NCBI GenBank assembly: GCA_026395435.1
Contig: JAPLYT010000013.1
Location: 1-45,023, forward strand
Direction: 5' to 3'
Length of the DNA: 45,023 nt
DNA from: Candidatus Saccharimonadota bacterium
Lineage (GTDB): Bacteria > Patescibacteriota > Saccharimonadia > Saccharimonadales > AWTP1-31
Below the pieces are notes generated by a model. It was given only the letters and a program-made list of their open reading frames with translations, was not told where the DNA came from and searched no databases. Made by a program: the position numbers and the translations under genes. Below, piece after piece: positions 1 through 9,050 of this stretch; the stretch's first letter is position 1; each line of letters starts with the position of its first letter.

Positions 1-28
1 GCTGGCCAAGGCTTTTCTTGGGAGTCAT
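1..28 (-). CDS. rsmA: 16S rRNA dimethyladenosine transferase RsmA/KsgA, 5' end only (runs off window)
   Basis: Reverse complement of 1-28 reads MTPKKSLGQ, the conserved N-terminal PKKSLGQ motif of KsgA. It lies downstream of an rpfB-like gene, the usual neighbourhood. Confidence 0.75.
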
Positions 29-90
29 ATCATACATATGCCCAAATTATACCACAATTTATATCATTTTAACAGGGGTAGCATGCGCAT

Positions 91-215
91 GAATAATTCC
101 TACGCTTGAGGTATTTTGGAGATAATGGTGCGACTCGCAAATGAGACGTATTGTAATACGTCAAATGCGAATCGTAAGGCATTAGATTCAAAAGACCCAA
201 GAAGCAAATAAATTC
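91..215. repeat. Long imperfect palindrome (MITE-like or structured RNA element)
   Basis: Perfect core GACGTATT(145-152)-GT-AATACGTC(155-162), extended by CGACTCGCA/TGCGAATCG, TAATG/CATTA and CTTGAGGTATTTTGGA/TTCAAAAGACCCAAG arms. Confidence 0.6.
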
Positions 216-251
216 AGGCTTTGCCTGATTTCTTTGCTGACGTAGATATTA

Positions 252-1493
252 TTACCACCAGCCTTGAACTTGCCAGGCGTTATAAGCCCCTTGCCATCCA
301 CCATACCGACTTGCATACGCAGAGAAATGTCGTAGCTGACAAACAGGGTCATTTTGCCAGTTCGGACACGCGTTGATGAGCGCGTTTCCTCCACCACTCG
401 GACATCGTTGTCCGAGACCAATACAACCACCGGCATTAACCGCTCCAGGGTTCCAATGCGACTCGCGGTTCATGATGTAATCTACGGCGTAATAATCTCC
501 CGGGCTAATGCCTGCGCCGACAAGCCATTCTGCCTTACCTCCTGAAAGAGTGACTTTGGTTCCTTTAGAAATGACACGGCGGGCGGGCTTGGCGGCAATG
601 ACTTCTTGCAATACCTTGCGGCTAATTTCTACGTCGTTTTTAAGCTCAAGTTCATAGGTGACCAATTTCTTACCATCTGCTCCTGCCTCACGAACGACGG
701 TGGTACCCATTGGTTGCTCAGGGTCAGTTATAACCTCTTCTGGAGCGGGAATGACTTCTTCGGTGGTAACGACTTTTTTACCAACGCGAACGATAAACAC
801 TTGGATGCCTGCCGTCACTGGCGTATCTCGAGTAGGCTGTATTGTATCTCCCTGAATGACCTTGATCTTTCGTTGATCAAGCAGATCGCCGACCGTCTTT
901 GCACGGGTATAGACCGTAAATGCATTTCCATAAAGATTTATATTCGCCTCTTTTGCCCTGCTGACCACAACTTTCTGGCCGATAACTGCCTCGCGAGTTG
1001 CGTCTATTGGCTGGGTAGATTCGACCACATCTTCTGTCTGTAATTTGATACCAGCTTGAGCTACGACGACACGCGGCTGCTGCTCGGCGCTCAGTATAGT
1101 GATCCTTCTGCCGTTATCTTCTATGGTGACAGGACGAGCCTTTTTGATACTTACTTTGAAATTATCCACCAGTATTCGGGTGCTCGGTACAGGGGTTACA
1201 ATATCATTTTTACCTACTTGAATATCTAGCTTTTCAATAAGATCTTTGACCGTGGTTGCCCGCGTCGGAACTGTCCGTTCAACACCATCTACCGAAAGAA
1301 TGATAGATCGAGAATCACTCGGCGCAACGGTTTGGCTGTTGAGTAAGATGAGGCCGACGGTGGATGTAAAAAAGAGCGCTAAAAAAGTGATGACAGGGAC
1401 GACAAAAGGATGACCCCTAAGGACATGAAATCGTGTAACTTTTGCCTTGCGGATAACTTGATAGCGGCGTGATAGTCGTTTTATCTTTGTCAT
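252..1493 (-). CDS. RpfB/YabE-like cell-wall protein: N-terminal TM, DUF348 ubiquitin-like repeats, G5 domain, C-terminal lytic transglycosylase-like domain
   Basis: TM helix; repeated T.A.TV.DLL / D.V.P units (DUF348); GADGKKLVTY...PARRVISKGTK (G5); IMNRESHWNPGAVN...GLGQ...YGGWQGAYNAWQVQGWW (transglycosylase-like). Confidence 0.85.
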   Translation of the reverse strand: MTKIKRLSRRYQVIRKAKVTRFHVLRGHPFVVPVITFLALFFTSTVGLILLNSQTVAPSDSRSIILSVDGVERTVPTRATTVKDLIEKLDIQVGKNDIVTPVPSTRILVDNFKVSIKKARPVTIEDNGRRITILSAEQQPRVVVAQAGIKLQTEDVVESTQPIDATREAVIGQKVVVSRAKEANINLYGNAFTVYTRAKTVGDLLDQRKIKVIQGDTIQPTRDTPVTAGIQVFIVRVGKKVVTTEEVIPAPEEVITDPEQPMGTTVVREAGADGKKLVTYELELKNDVEISRKVLQEVIAAKPARRVISKGTKVTLSGGKAEWLVGAGISPGDYYAVDYIMNRESHWNPGAVNAGGCIGLGQRCPSGGGNALINACPNWQNDPVCQLRHFSAYASRYGGWQGAYNAWQVQGWW

Positions 1494-1571
1494 AATTAGG
1501 TAACTCGTGAAGGTGTTTTAGGTCTGACAATACGAAATATTCACCTATGAGTCACTTCTCAGTATATCAGA

Positions 1572-2111
1572 TTATTTGGCGCCTGGGTCGCCAGCCACCT
1601 CAGTAATTATACGTCGCACGGTCGAGCTCATCTTGATCTTAGCTACTTCACGTGGTCTAATCCACATGCAATCTGAAATTTCATGTCTATGAAGCGTGAT
1701 ATGTGGCGATTGTTTGAGAGCCAAAGAAAAACAATGAAGTGTCACCGACACGCCAGCTGATTTTGCATATATGGTGCCTCTTGGCTCTAAGTCTGAAAGC
1801 TTTATTTTGAGCCCCGTTTCCTCAAATATTTCACGAATTGCACCATGCTTGTCATCTTCTCCACGGTGCAGCCCGCCACCCGGGAGGCTCCATGATCCGT
1901 CGCCCAGCCAATCTTTCAAAAGTAGAATTTTGCCATTATAGGCGATGACTACACGCGTTCTCGGCGGAGATATGCGAAGATACACCCAGATAGCCGGCCA
2001 AAGCACCACGTACGCGATATGACCTATGATAGCCCAGGTTTTTTCACCTAACATTCGAGCCATGAAAGGCGCGTTATAGGTGGTGGCGTGGGTTCGAAGA
2101 TTTCTGCTCAT
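1572..2111 (-). CDS. NUDIX hydrolase
   Basis: Nudix box GGGLHRGEDDKHGAIREIFEETGL. The true start may be a downstream ATG. Confidence 0.85.
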   Translation of the reverse strand: MSRNLRTHATTYNAPFMARMLGEKTWAIIGHIAYVVLWPAIWVYLRISPPRTRVVIAYNGKILLLKDWLGDGSWSLPGGGLHRGEDDKHGAIREIFEETGLKIKLSDLEPRGTIYAKSAGVSVTLHCFSLALKQSPHITLHRHEISDCMWIRPREVAKIKMSSTVRRIITEVAGDPGAK

Positions 2112-5100
2112 TCTTCGATTTTCTTTAGCGGAGCAAATGCTACGTTAAGTTTCTTGCTACCTCGGCCTTTGAAATAGATGACGGCGTTATCGCCGTCCAT
2201 TTCCATGACTTGGCCGTCGCCAAAGACGCTATGTCGAACATAATCGCCTTCTGAAATATCGGCAACGTAATGAGGTTCATCGTTTTTGGTCGATGCAGCA
2301 AAGTGCTCACTGGTGGCGCCTTGACTCGGCCCATAACTTGACGAATCATACCCCGCTCCATGCGATTGCATAAATTCACCGTCAATTTCTGATAAAAATC
2401 GTGACGGCGGATTGTGTTGAACGCCACCGTACAGCACTCGGCTACTGGCATAGATGAGATTCAGCTCTTGCCGGGCACGCGTCATACCCACATAGCACAG
2501 CCTTCGTTCTTCTTCCATTTCGGATTGATCATACAAGGCACGAGAATGTGGGAAGAGCGTTTCTTCCATGCCGACCATAAAGACCACCGGAAACTCGAGG
2601 CCTTTGGCTGAGTGCAAGGTCATGAGCGTGACGGCGTTATTACCGAATTCAACATTATCGAGGTCACTGACGAGTGCGACTTCTTCCAAGAAACCATCCA
2701 GCCCCAGGTCTTGATATTCCTGGGCGACACTGATCAGCTCTTTCACGTTTTCCTGACGAGATTCCCCTTGGGCCGTGCCATCATTCAAAAAGTGTAGGTA
2801 ATCTATCCGGCGAATCAACGATTCGATTAAACTCGACACCGTGGCGTCTTCGTTGGCAGTTCGTAGTTCGTCCAGTTGTGCGGCCAAGTCATACAAGCTT
2901 TTACGCGCTCTTGGTGTGATGGCAGTACAGTCTTGGACGGTTTGCAGTGCTTGAAGGAGTGTGACATTAGACGTAGTTTGCCAGGCCAGAAATCCTTCGA
3001 CTGATTTTGTGCCAATACCCCGAGTCGGGACATTGACGATCCGCTCAAAACTGACGCGGTCTTCTGGTTGGAATATAATCCGTAGGTACGCCATGAGGTC
3101 TTTGATTTCTTTTCGGTCATAAAACCGCTGTCCTCCAACAATTCTGTACGGGATACCGTAGTGGATGAATGCTTCTTCGATTGATCGGCTCTGGGCATTG
3201 GTTCGATAAAGCACCGCGAAATCTTTATAATCACGGGCGCCGCTATCAACTCCTGCGCGTACTCGCCGCACGACTGCCTCACCCTCTGCCCGTTCGCCAT
3301 TTACTTGGGTGATCTGAACCGGCTGACCGCCCTTGATATCAGTCCATAGTTCTTTTTCACTGCGTTGTGAATTCTTGGTGATAATGGCATGAGCGGCATC
3401 CAGAATCGGTTTGGTGCTCCGATAATTTTGCTCCAGTTTAATGACGGTGCAGGAGGCATAGTCCGCTTCAAATTTCAAAATATTTCTAAAATCTGCACCA
3501 CGCCAACTGTATATCGAGTTATGCACTGCGATACCATCAGCTACATAATTGTGGACATTGTCTATCTCAAGATCGTAAACCTTACCCCTATATTGCTCTC
3601 TATCTACTGATATGACTGTATCGTCTACCAACGTTCCATCCTTAGATAGTGTAGGTATTATCATATCTGGGTAGATATGACTGGCTGGAGTAAAGTGAAA
3701 TTTTTCATTAGTTATATATCCGTATTTTTGAATTTGAACTTTTTCGCCTAGGAGTGGGCTGATTTTCTCTAGGTCTGACTCAATGATTCCGTAATCTAAA
3801 TTATGAATTTCAGAACGAACGGTTCCTGATTTTGCTTTTCGAATAGCGTACCCAGCTTTTTTAAATCCCGTCAGATCGCTATCGTTTGTGCTATTGATAG
3901 AAAGTCGGCTTGCCGACCATGGGCTATTAATGGTTTTTCGCTTGTCACCAAATAATACTATATTGATATTAACCCGATGTATATCACCACGAGAAGTGGC
4001 CTGAGGCTGGAAATGAGGATAGTCTTTCATGAGTCCTTTATCAGACATGAGTTTTTTAGCGCGCTCATGCGTATCAATTTCTGCAAATATTTTGTCAATA
4101 GACTCTTGAGAGATCTTCATTGCCCTCTGACCATATGAGTGAAACACGAGCATAGGAATCCCATAGCTGTATGCGAGCAATGCTTCTTGAACAACTGCTT
4201 CTTCACGAGTATCACATAGTGCAAGTATCCACATTGCATCTGCTCTTTCCTGATTAGCTCGAACTCTAAGTCCAATATCATCTTTTTTACCGTCGAATCT
4301 TGAGCCTTTGGTCATGCCAATTCGATACCCTTTAGAGCGGGAATACATCAAGTAAACAAAGAATTTTTCAGTTGAAGCCCACCTTGCAAAGAGTAAATGA
4401 TTTGGCGTTACTGAAATTTCTCTACCAGACTTAGTCAAAATATGAATAATTTCACCGTTATAGGGAAACTGCTTAACCGACGATACTGGGAAAAATCCTG
4501 TGGCACCATATCCGCTTGCAGAACGAACGAAATCCCCATTTTTAATGTTATTAATTTCTTTTTTGCCATCGATTGTTTCAACAATACTTCCCTCTGCGAG
4601 ACATTGCCAGTCGTCACCGACCACAGCAATGTTGTTATGCGGACCCGTCAAAAGTCGGACTAGTTTATATTGGGCAGCGTTGGTGTCTTGATACTCGTCA
4701 ATCATGACGTAGCTAAACTGCTTTTGCCATTTTTCGCGGAGCTCTTTATGTTTAGTTAACATGTTTACTGTTTTTGAAATGAGATCATCGAAGTCTAACC
4801 CGCCAGCATCATGTAAGATTTTTTCATACAGCGGATAGACTTGTGAGGCCGCTACTTGGGCAGGGCTGGTGGCCGAACCAGCATAGGCAGATGGGCCGAT
4901 CATTTCGTTCTTAGCGCTACTGATGAGGCCGCCAAGCACCCGCGGGGGGAATGCTTTATCGTCGATCATCAATTGCTTGCTAGCTCGCTTGATGGCCGTC
5001 AATCGATCAGACTCGTCAAAAATAACAAACGTCCGAGGCACACCGATATGCTCTCCGTCTTGTCGCAAGAGCCGCACACAAATACTGTGAAACGTCCCCA

Positions 5101-5557
5101 TATATGGCATAAAACTTCTAGGAGGTTCGACCGAAATATTAAAGACTTGAGATGAACTCAAGTCATCATTATTTCTTGCGGTAGATTGCTGTGTCGTCTG
5201 CCTGCGAGTCTCGCTCGACGTACCATCTGCACGACTCGCTCGATTCTCGTGGACTCCTTGCACTCCACTCGCATCGTAACCTCCTGAAGGATATTCCGGG
5301 TTAATAGAATTACTCACTAGGCGCCAAACGCGCTCCCGCATCTCTTTGGCAGCTTTGTTGGTAAATGTAACAGATAGAATATTATACGGCGTAGCCTTAT
5401 GGCTAGATAATATATGAGCGATCCGATGCGTCAGCACCATAGTCTTGCCACTACCTGCTCCTGCTTGGATTAGCAGCGGCCCTTCGGTGGTTTCTACAGC
5501 CCGCTTCTGTTCGGGGTTTAACCCTTCAATTAAGTCTAATTTAAGATCAGATGACAT
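2108..5557 (-). CDS. pcrA: ATP-dependent DNA helicase PcrA/UvrD, intein-containing
   Basis: AGAGSGKT, TFTNKAA, DEYQDTN, VGDDWQ/SIYSWRGA, LEQNYRST, TLHSAKGLEF, EERRLCYVGMTRA motifs; C-terminal Tudor-like HSVFGDG domain. Confidence 0.95.
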   Translation of the reverse strand: MSSDLKLDLIEGLNPEQKRAVETTEGPLLIQAGAGSGKTMVLTHRIAHILSSHKATPYNILSVTFTNKAAKEMRERVWRLVSNSINPEYPSGGYDASGVQGVHENRASRADGTSSETRRQTTQQSTARNNDDLSSSQVFNISVEPPRSFMPYMGTFHSICVRLLRQDGEHIGVPRTFVIFDESDRLTAIKRASKQLMIDDKAFPPRVLGGLISSAKNEMIGPSAYAGSATSPAQVAASQVYPLYEKILHDAGGLDFDDLISKTVNMLTKHKELREKWQKQFSYVMIDEYQDTNAAQYKLVRLLTGPHNNIAVVGDDWQCLAEGSIVETIDGKKEINNIKNGDFVRSASGYGATGFFPVSSVKQFPYNGEIIHILTKSGREISVTPNHLLFARWASTEKFFVYLMYSRSKGYRIGMTKGSRFDGKKDDIGLRVRANQERADAMWILALCDTREEAVVQEALLAYSYGIPMLVFHSYGQRAMKISQESIDKIFAEIDTHERAKKLMSDKGLMKDYPHFQPQATSRGDIHRVNINIVLFGDKRKTINSPWSASRLSINSTNDSDLTGFKKAGYAIRKAKSGTVRSEIHNLDYGIIESDLEKISPLLGEKVQIQKYGYITNEKFHFTPASHIYPDMIIPTLSKDGTLVDDTVISVDREQYRGKVYDLEIDNVHNYVADGIAVHNSIYSWRGADFRNILKFEADYASCTVIKLEQNYRSTKPILDAAHAIITKNSQRSEKELWTDIKGGQPVQITQVNGERAEGEAVVRRVRAGVDSGARDYKDFAVLYRTNAQSRSIEEAFIHYGIPYRIVGGQRFYDRKEIKDLMAYLRIIFQPEDRVSFERIVNVPTRGIGTKSVEGFLAWQTTSNVTLLQALQTVQDCTAITPRARKSLYDLAAQLDELRTANEDATVSSLIESLIRRIDYLHFLNDGTAQGESRQENVKELISVAQEYQDLGLDGFLEEVALVSDLDNVEFGNNAVTLMTLHSAKGLEFPVVFMVGMEETLFPHSRALYDQSEMEEERRLCYVGMTRARQELNLIYASSRVLYGGVQHNPPSRFLSEIDGEFMQSHGAGYDSSSYGPSQGATSEHFAASTKNDEPHYVADISEGDYVRHSVFGDGQVMEMDGDNAVIYFKGRGSKKLNVAFAPLKKIEE
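3518..4603 (-). mobile_element. Intein (362 aa, residues 319-680) in helicase motif III, with a GIY-YIG-like internal domain
   Basis: Starts CLAEGS directly after VGDDWQ; block B VTPNHLLF; ends VYDLEIDNVHNYVADGIAVHN followed by Ser (SIYSW). Internal FFVYLMYSRSKGYRIGMT. Visibly more AT-rich than the exteins. Confidence 0.93.
5177..5273 (-). repeat. Palindromic element inserted in frame in pcrA (ERIC/RPE-like architecture)
   Basis: Minus strand TGCGAGTGGAGTGCAAGGAG...CGAGAATCG..GAGTCGTGC-AGATG-GTACGTCGA..CGAGACTCG...CGACACAGCAATCTACCGCA folds into a long hairpin. It encodes part of a ~65-aa low-complexity insertion between EMRERV and MGTFHS, where PcrA has only a short linker. Confidence 0.65.
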
Positions 5558-5590
5558 CTATCTATTCTAACAGAATGATTCGAACAAAGC

Positions 5591-6658
5591 TTACAGTGAA
5601 GTTATGGAATCTACTATATTCTTTGTCATAGCTTTAAATGCAGAAGGATCATTCTCTTTAGTACTTGTTCCATATGTGCCGGAGTTAAAACTCGGCAGTG
5701 TAATGACATGAAGCGTGTCTGTAACGAAAGCAATTTTTAGCTGTTGAACGCCTTCGTCCCCACCTGTAAACGTGTATACAGAAATCGCGCCATTCTGTTG
5801 CACTACAGGTTTTGCATTACTAAAATCAAGATAAACTGAATCTACTTTATTTTCAACTACGTCCCCTTCGGATATTTTAGTAACTATCCATTCTTTATTT
5901 TTCAAGGCTATCTGAGGCCCATATTTTCTACTGGTTATATCACTTGTCTTTGAAGGATATGTATATAAACCGAATTGTCCAGCAACTCCCAAGATTGTGC
6001 TCTTACCATCAACGAGAGATATTGTTTGATATTTACTGGTCACTTTATTGCCTGTGTCATCAACTAGATCGGTTACTTTCGTCATATCACCGAATTGCTT
6101 TGGATAAGCAAAGCTAAACCCTGAACTTTTATCAACATAGGTCATGTAACCATCTGGAGCTACAAATGAATATTTAGCAGTAGGTGTGTCTTTAGTCTTT
6201 GCAGTTTTCTGGTCCTCGGTTTTCTTCACATTAGTAGTCGGCTGAGTATTTGCGTCTGTTTTGTTGGCAGGCTTCATCCTCGTGAACCAGTACGCGCCTG
6301 CTGCTCCGGCAAATATTAAAATTGCGAGCACTACGCCTAGCATCATTTTTTTGCCTTTTTTACGGCCACCGACATGAGTTACAAAAGCTTCTGGCTTGAT
6401 AAGGTCGAGAGGGGCTTCTTCTCGGTAATTAGCCTGTGCGGGTACCGACATAACTTGTTGTGGTGCTTCGGTTTGTGGGGCGTCTTGAGGTTCAGGTGTA
6501 GGCACGTTTTGCGGAGTTTGTGGCGAGGATGTAAACATTGGGTCAGAGGTTACTGGGGCTCCTTGGTTGGTGATAGTAGACCGGCTGTTGGGCGTAGCAG
6601 GAGAAGAGCCTGGCTTGCTGACGTCAAAAAATCGTTTTGGCTTGCCGTTGTTATCCAT
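5591..6658 (-). CDS. Hypothetical single-pass membrane protein (Pro/Gln-rich N-terminus, extracellular domain)
   Basis: 355-aa ORF with one TM helix after KKGKK; Y.DKSSGFSFAYP motif reminiscent of PsbP-like CPR surface proteins; overlaps the tpiA stop. Confidence 0.65.
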   Translation of the reverse strand: MDNNGKPKRFFDVSKPGSSPATPNSRSTITNQGAPVTSDPMFTSSPQTPQNVPTPEPQDAPQTEAPQQVMSVPAQANYREEAPLDLIKPEAFVTHVGGRKKGKKMMLGVVLAILIFAGAAGAYWFTRMKPANKTDANTQPTTNVKKTEDQKTAKTKDTPTAKYSFVAPDGYMTYVDKSSGFSFAYPKQFGDMTKVTDLVDDTGNKVTSKYQTISLVDGKSTILGVAGQFGLYTYPSKTSDITSRKYGPQIALKNKEWIVTKISEGDVVENKVDSVYLDFSNAKPVVQQNGAISVYTFTGGDEGVQQLKIAFVTDTLHVITLPSFNSGTYGTSTKENDPSAFKAMTKNIVDSITSL

Positions 6659-7460
6659 TATTCACCTCACTACTTGTTTGCATTCGGTACGCTGCGTCGA
6701 TAATACCGGAGAATTCTTGATAATTAAGACTGGCGCCTCCAACCAATAGGCCATCCACACCTTCTGTTTCGAGTATACCTCTTGCCGTGGTCGAGCTTGC
6801 GCTTCCTCCGTACAGTACTCGGACGTCAGCAGCCGCTTTTTTACCATACAGTTCAGCTATGTTATGCCGAATGACCTTAATTGCATTGGCGATTATTTCT
6901 GGTGTAGCAATTTCATGATGGGCGTAATCGCTTCCAGCACTGAGAGCCCAGACGGGTTCATAGGCGATGACGATATTTGGAATATCACTCGATGTCAGAT
7001 TGCTGAGGGCTGTCACCACTTGGTCGTGGAGTACTTGGTTGGTCTCTTTAGCTTTGCGTTCCTGCGCAGTTTCGCCAACACACAAAATCGGCATGATGTC
7101 ATTTCGCACACTGGCGGCCACTTTATCGCGCACCACTTCCAGGCTTTCGCCAAATTTATGACGCCTGTCTGAATGCCCGACGATACAATAGTGAACTAAA
7201 TCCTGAAGCATTGAGAAAGAAACTTCCCCCGTAAAAGGGCCTTCGTCCACGAAGTACGCGTTCTGGGCGCACAGTCGAAACTTACGGCGGTCTATCTGCA
7301 TACTTAAAGGCTGCAGTGCCAACATGCTCGGTGCAAGCACCAACTCAATTTCCCGACGGATACGAATGCGTTCATGCAGCCGATGCAATAAAATGCTCGA
7401 CTGCGACACATTCATATTCATTTTCCAGTTGGCAACGATGAGGGTTCTGCTATTTTTCAT
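6651..7460 (-). CDS. tpiA: Triosephosphate isomerase
   Basis: ANWKMN, GPFTGEVS, VGHSDRR, AYEPVWA, VLYGGS, DGLLVGGASL motifs. Confidence 0.96.
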   Translation of the reverse strand: MKNSRTLIVANWKMNMNVSQSSILLHRLHERIRIRREIELVLAPSMLALQPLSMQIDRRKFRLCAQNAYFVDEGPFTGEVSFSMLQDLVHYCIVGHSDRRHKFGESLEVVRDKVAASVRNDIMPILCVGETAQERKAKETNQVLHDQVVTALSNLTSSDIPNIVIAYEPVWALSAGSDYAHHEIATPEIIANAIKVIRHNIAELYGKKAAADVRVLYGGSASSTTARGILETEGVDGLLVGGASLNYQEFSGIIDAAYRMQTSSEVNNG

Positions 7461-7612
7461 ATGTTCTTTTCGCTTATGGTTTTAAGTATAAAGGAAAAAT
7501 GGCCAGCAGGATAGGGCTGTGGACTATCTGTACTTATCCACAGCCCCTGACACTAAATCACATTTTACTCATCTGTTACGGGTTCAACCCGTGGGCCCCG
7601 TGGGCCCTAAGC

Positions 7613-8749
7613 TTATAGATAGCCTCCACTCCCCTTATTAATCTGCGGATATATACAATTGTAGATATCATTGGCTTGCTGACTGGTGAGGGATTTCTCT
7701 AAATGTCGCAATGTGATTCGAACCAGAACGTTCTTTTGATCCTTTCGGATACCTAACTTCTGACGGGCAATATCGGGCAGATCGCGGTACGATGTTTCGC
7801 TAAGTATCTCCACCTCTTCCAACGCTCCATTATCTTTGCCCAATGCGGCAACAATGTCTTGGCTGATATCTTCTTCAACGTAGTTTGAAGGCACGCTGTA
7901 TGACATGTCTCGTTTGATTGCCGGCTGATTGGAAACCTCTTGGTAAGTTGCGAGGTCTTTCATTTGAGCTGCAATCTTTGGATTGGTTGAGCGTAGATAA
8001 CGAATGTCAGGAATTGACTTGAGTGTCATGACTAATCGGTCGAGCCCAAAACCAGATGCCCATCCAGAATAAACTTCCGGATCGAGACCGGCATTACGCA
8101 GAATCGTATCGCTAATCAGGCCACATTCGAGGATTTCTATATCTCTGCCATCTTTGACGGCATTAACTTCCATTCCCTCTTTCGTGTATGGGTGTGGCAT
8201 GTCGACGATACGAAGTGACCAGCCTGGTGCCGCCACATCGGCCAATCCTCGTACGACGTCACGCAGGTCTTGACGAACCATCCGTACTTTTTTGGTCACC
8301 CTCCAAATGCCAAGCATGTGAATTGATGACAGATGTTTTTTATCTGTTACGTCTCGCCGATGAACCAAGGACGGAGTAAGGATAATTACATCGTCCCAGT
8401 CTTGTCTCTTTGCCAAATCGCGCAATACCCCAGGAATATGAGCTGTATCGTGTGTTCTGAGCATGTGAGTCTCATCCACATAGTGGGTGTATGTTGATGA
8501 CCGGCTGATATTATCTTTATCGATCAGTAGGTCATCATAATTATCTTTGACAGTTACAATCGGATTGCCACGATACACAATAATCTCACTGTCCGGGTGC
8601 ATTTCTCGCACCCGGACTTCTATTTTTTGATAGAGCAACGTTACTGCGTGCGCTTCCGTGCTTTGTGTTAAGTCCGGAATTGCCAGGTAGTGATTGAGCT
8701 GATGTTTCGTAATTGGTTGTATGTACATTTTCATAGTTGTATTCACCAT
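7613..8749 (-). CDS. Single-chain phenylalanyl-tRNA synthetase-like protein (class II catalytic domain fused to a ferredoxin-fold anticodon-binding domain; mitochondrial-type architecture)
   Basis: NYDDLLI...SRSSTYTHYV...MLRTHDTAH, HRRDVTDKKH, HPYT...EILECG, GWASGFGLDRLVM...IPDIRYL, then PAIKRDMS...LVRITLRHLEKSLT (FDX-ACB). The start could be a few codons downstream. Confidence 0.85.
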   Translation of the reverse strand: MVNTTMKMYIQPITKHQLNHYLAIPDLTQSTEAHAVTLLYQKIEVRVREMHPDSEIIVYRGNPIVTVKDNYDDLLIDKDNISRSSTYTHYVDETHMLRTHDTAHIPGVLRDLAKRQDWDDVIILTPSLVHRRDVTDKKHLSSIHMLGIWRVTKKVRMVRQDLRDVVRGLADVAAPGWSLRIVDMPHPYTKEGMEVNAVKDGRDIEILECGLISDTILRNAGLDPEVYSGWASGFGLDRLVMTLKSIPDIRYLRSTNPKIAAQMKDLATYQEVSNQPAIKRDMSYSVPSNYVEEDISQDIVAALGKDNGALEEVEILSETSYRDLPDIARQKLGIRKDQKNVLVRITLRHLEKSLTSQQANDIYNCIYPQINKGSGGYL

Positions 8750-8946
8750 TTCTTCCAGGTCCGTGGGACGAGTTCATCAAGTGATAATTCTGAACTTGCC
8801 AGCGGGTTTGTAACTGGTTGACTTATATCGGTTGTTGACGGCAACATTCCGTCATTATCGTTTTGACTTATGTCATTTGAAGTATCTATTGATGCTTCAG
8901 GGTGTTCGTGACGTGTTTCGCCAATCGAAGTGTTATGTTCTTTCAT
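8743..8946 (-). CDS. Small acidic hypothetical protein (67 aa, MKEHNTSIG...PRTWKKW)
   Basis: AGGAGA ribosome-binding site just upstream of the ATG at 8946; the stop overlaps the start of the PheRS-like gene. Confidence 0.5.
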   Translation of the reverse strand: MKEHNTSIGETRHEHPEASIDTSNDISQNDNDGMLPSTTDISQPVTNPLASSELSLDELVPRTWKKW

Positions 8947-8976
8947 AGTATTTCTCCTAAAATTTGATTTGAAATT

Positions 8977-9050
8977 AAAAACGACCGCTTTGGTGGCGGT
9001 CGCTCTTGTGGTTATTTTTGGTCGTTTATTACGTTCGTGGAGAGGCCGCC
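8977..9050 (-). promoter_or_regulatory. Transcription attenuator: intrinsic terminator plus alternative antiterminator
   Basis: Terminator CGACCGC-CACCAAA-GCGGTCG-TTTTT (9002-8977). GGCGGCCTCT (9050-9041) can pair with AGAGCGACCGCC (9006-8995), sequestering the 5' arm of the terminator. Confidence 0.75.

Noticed and set aside
7534-7542. Replication origin
   Set aside because: Only one perfect DnaA box, a short intergenic region and no dnaA/dnaN nearby.
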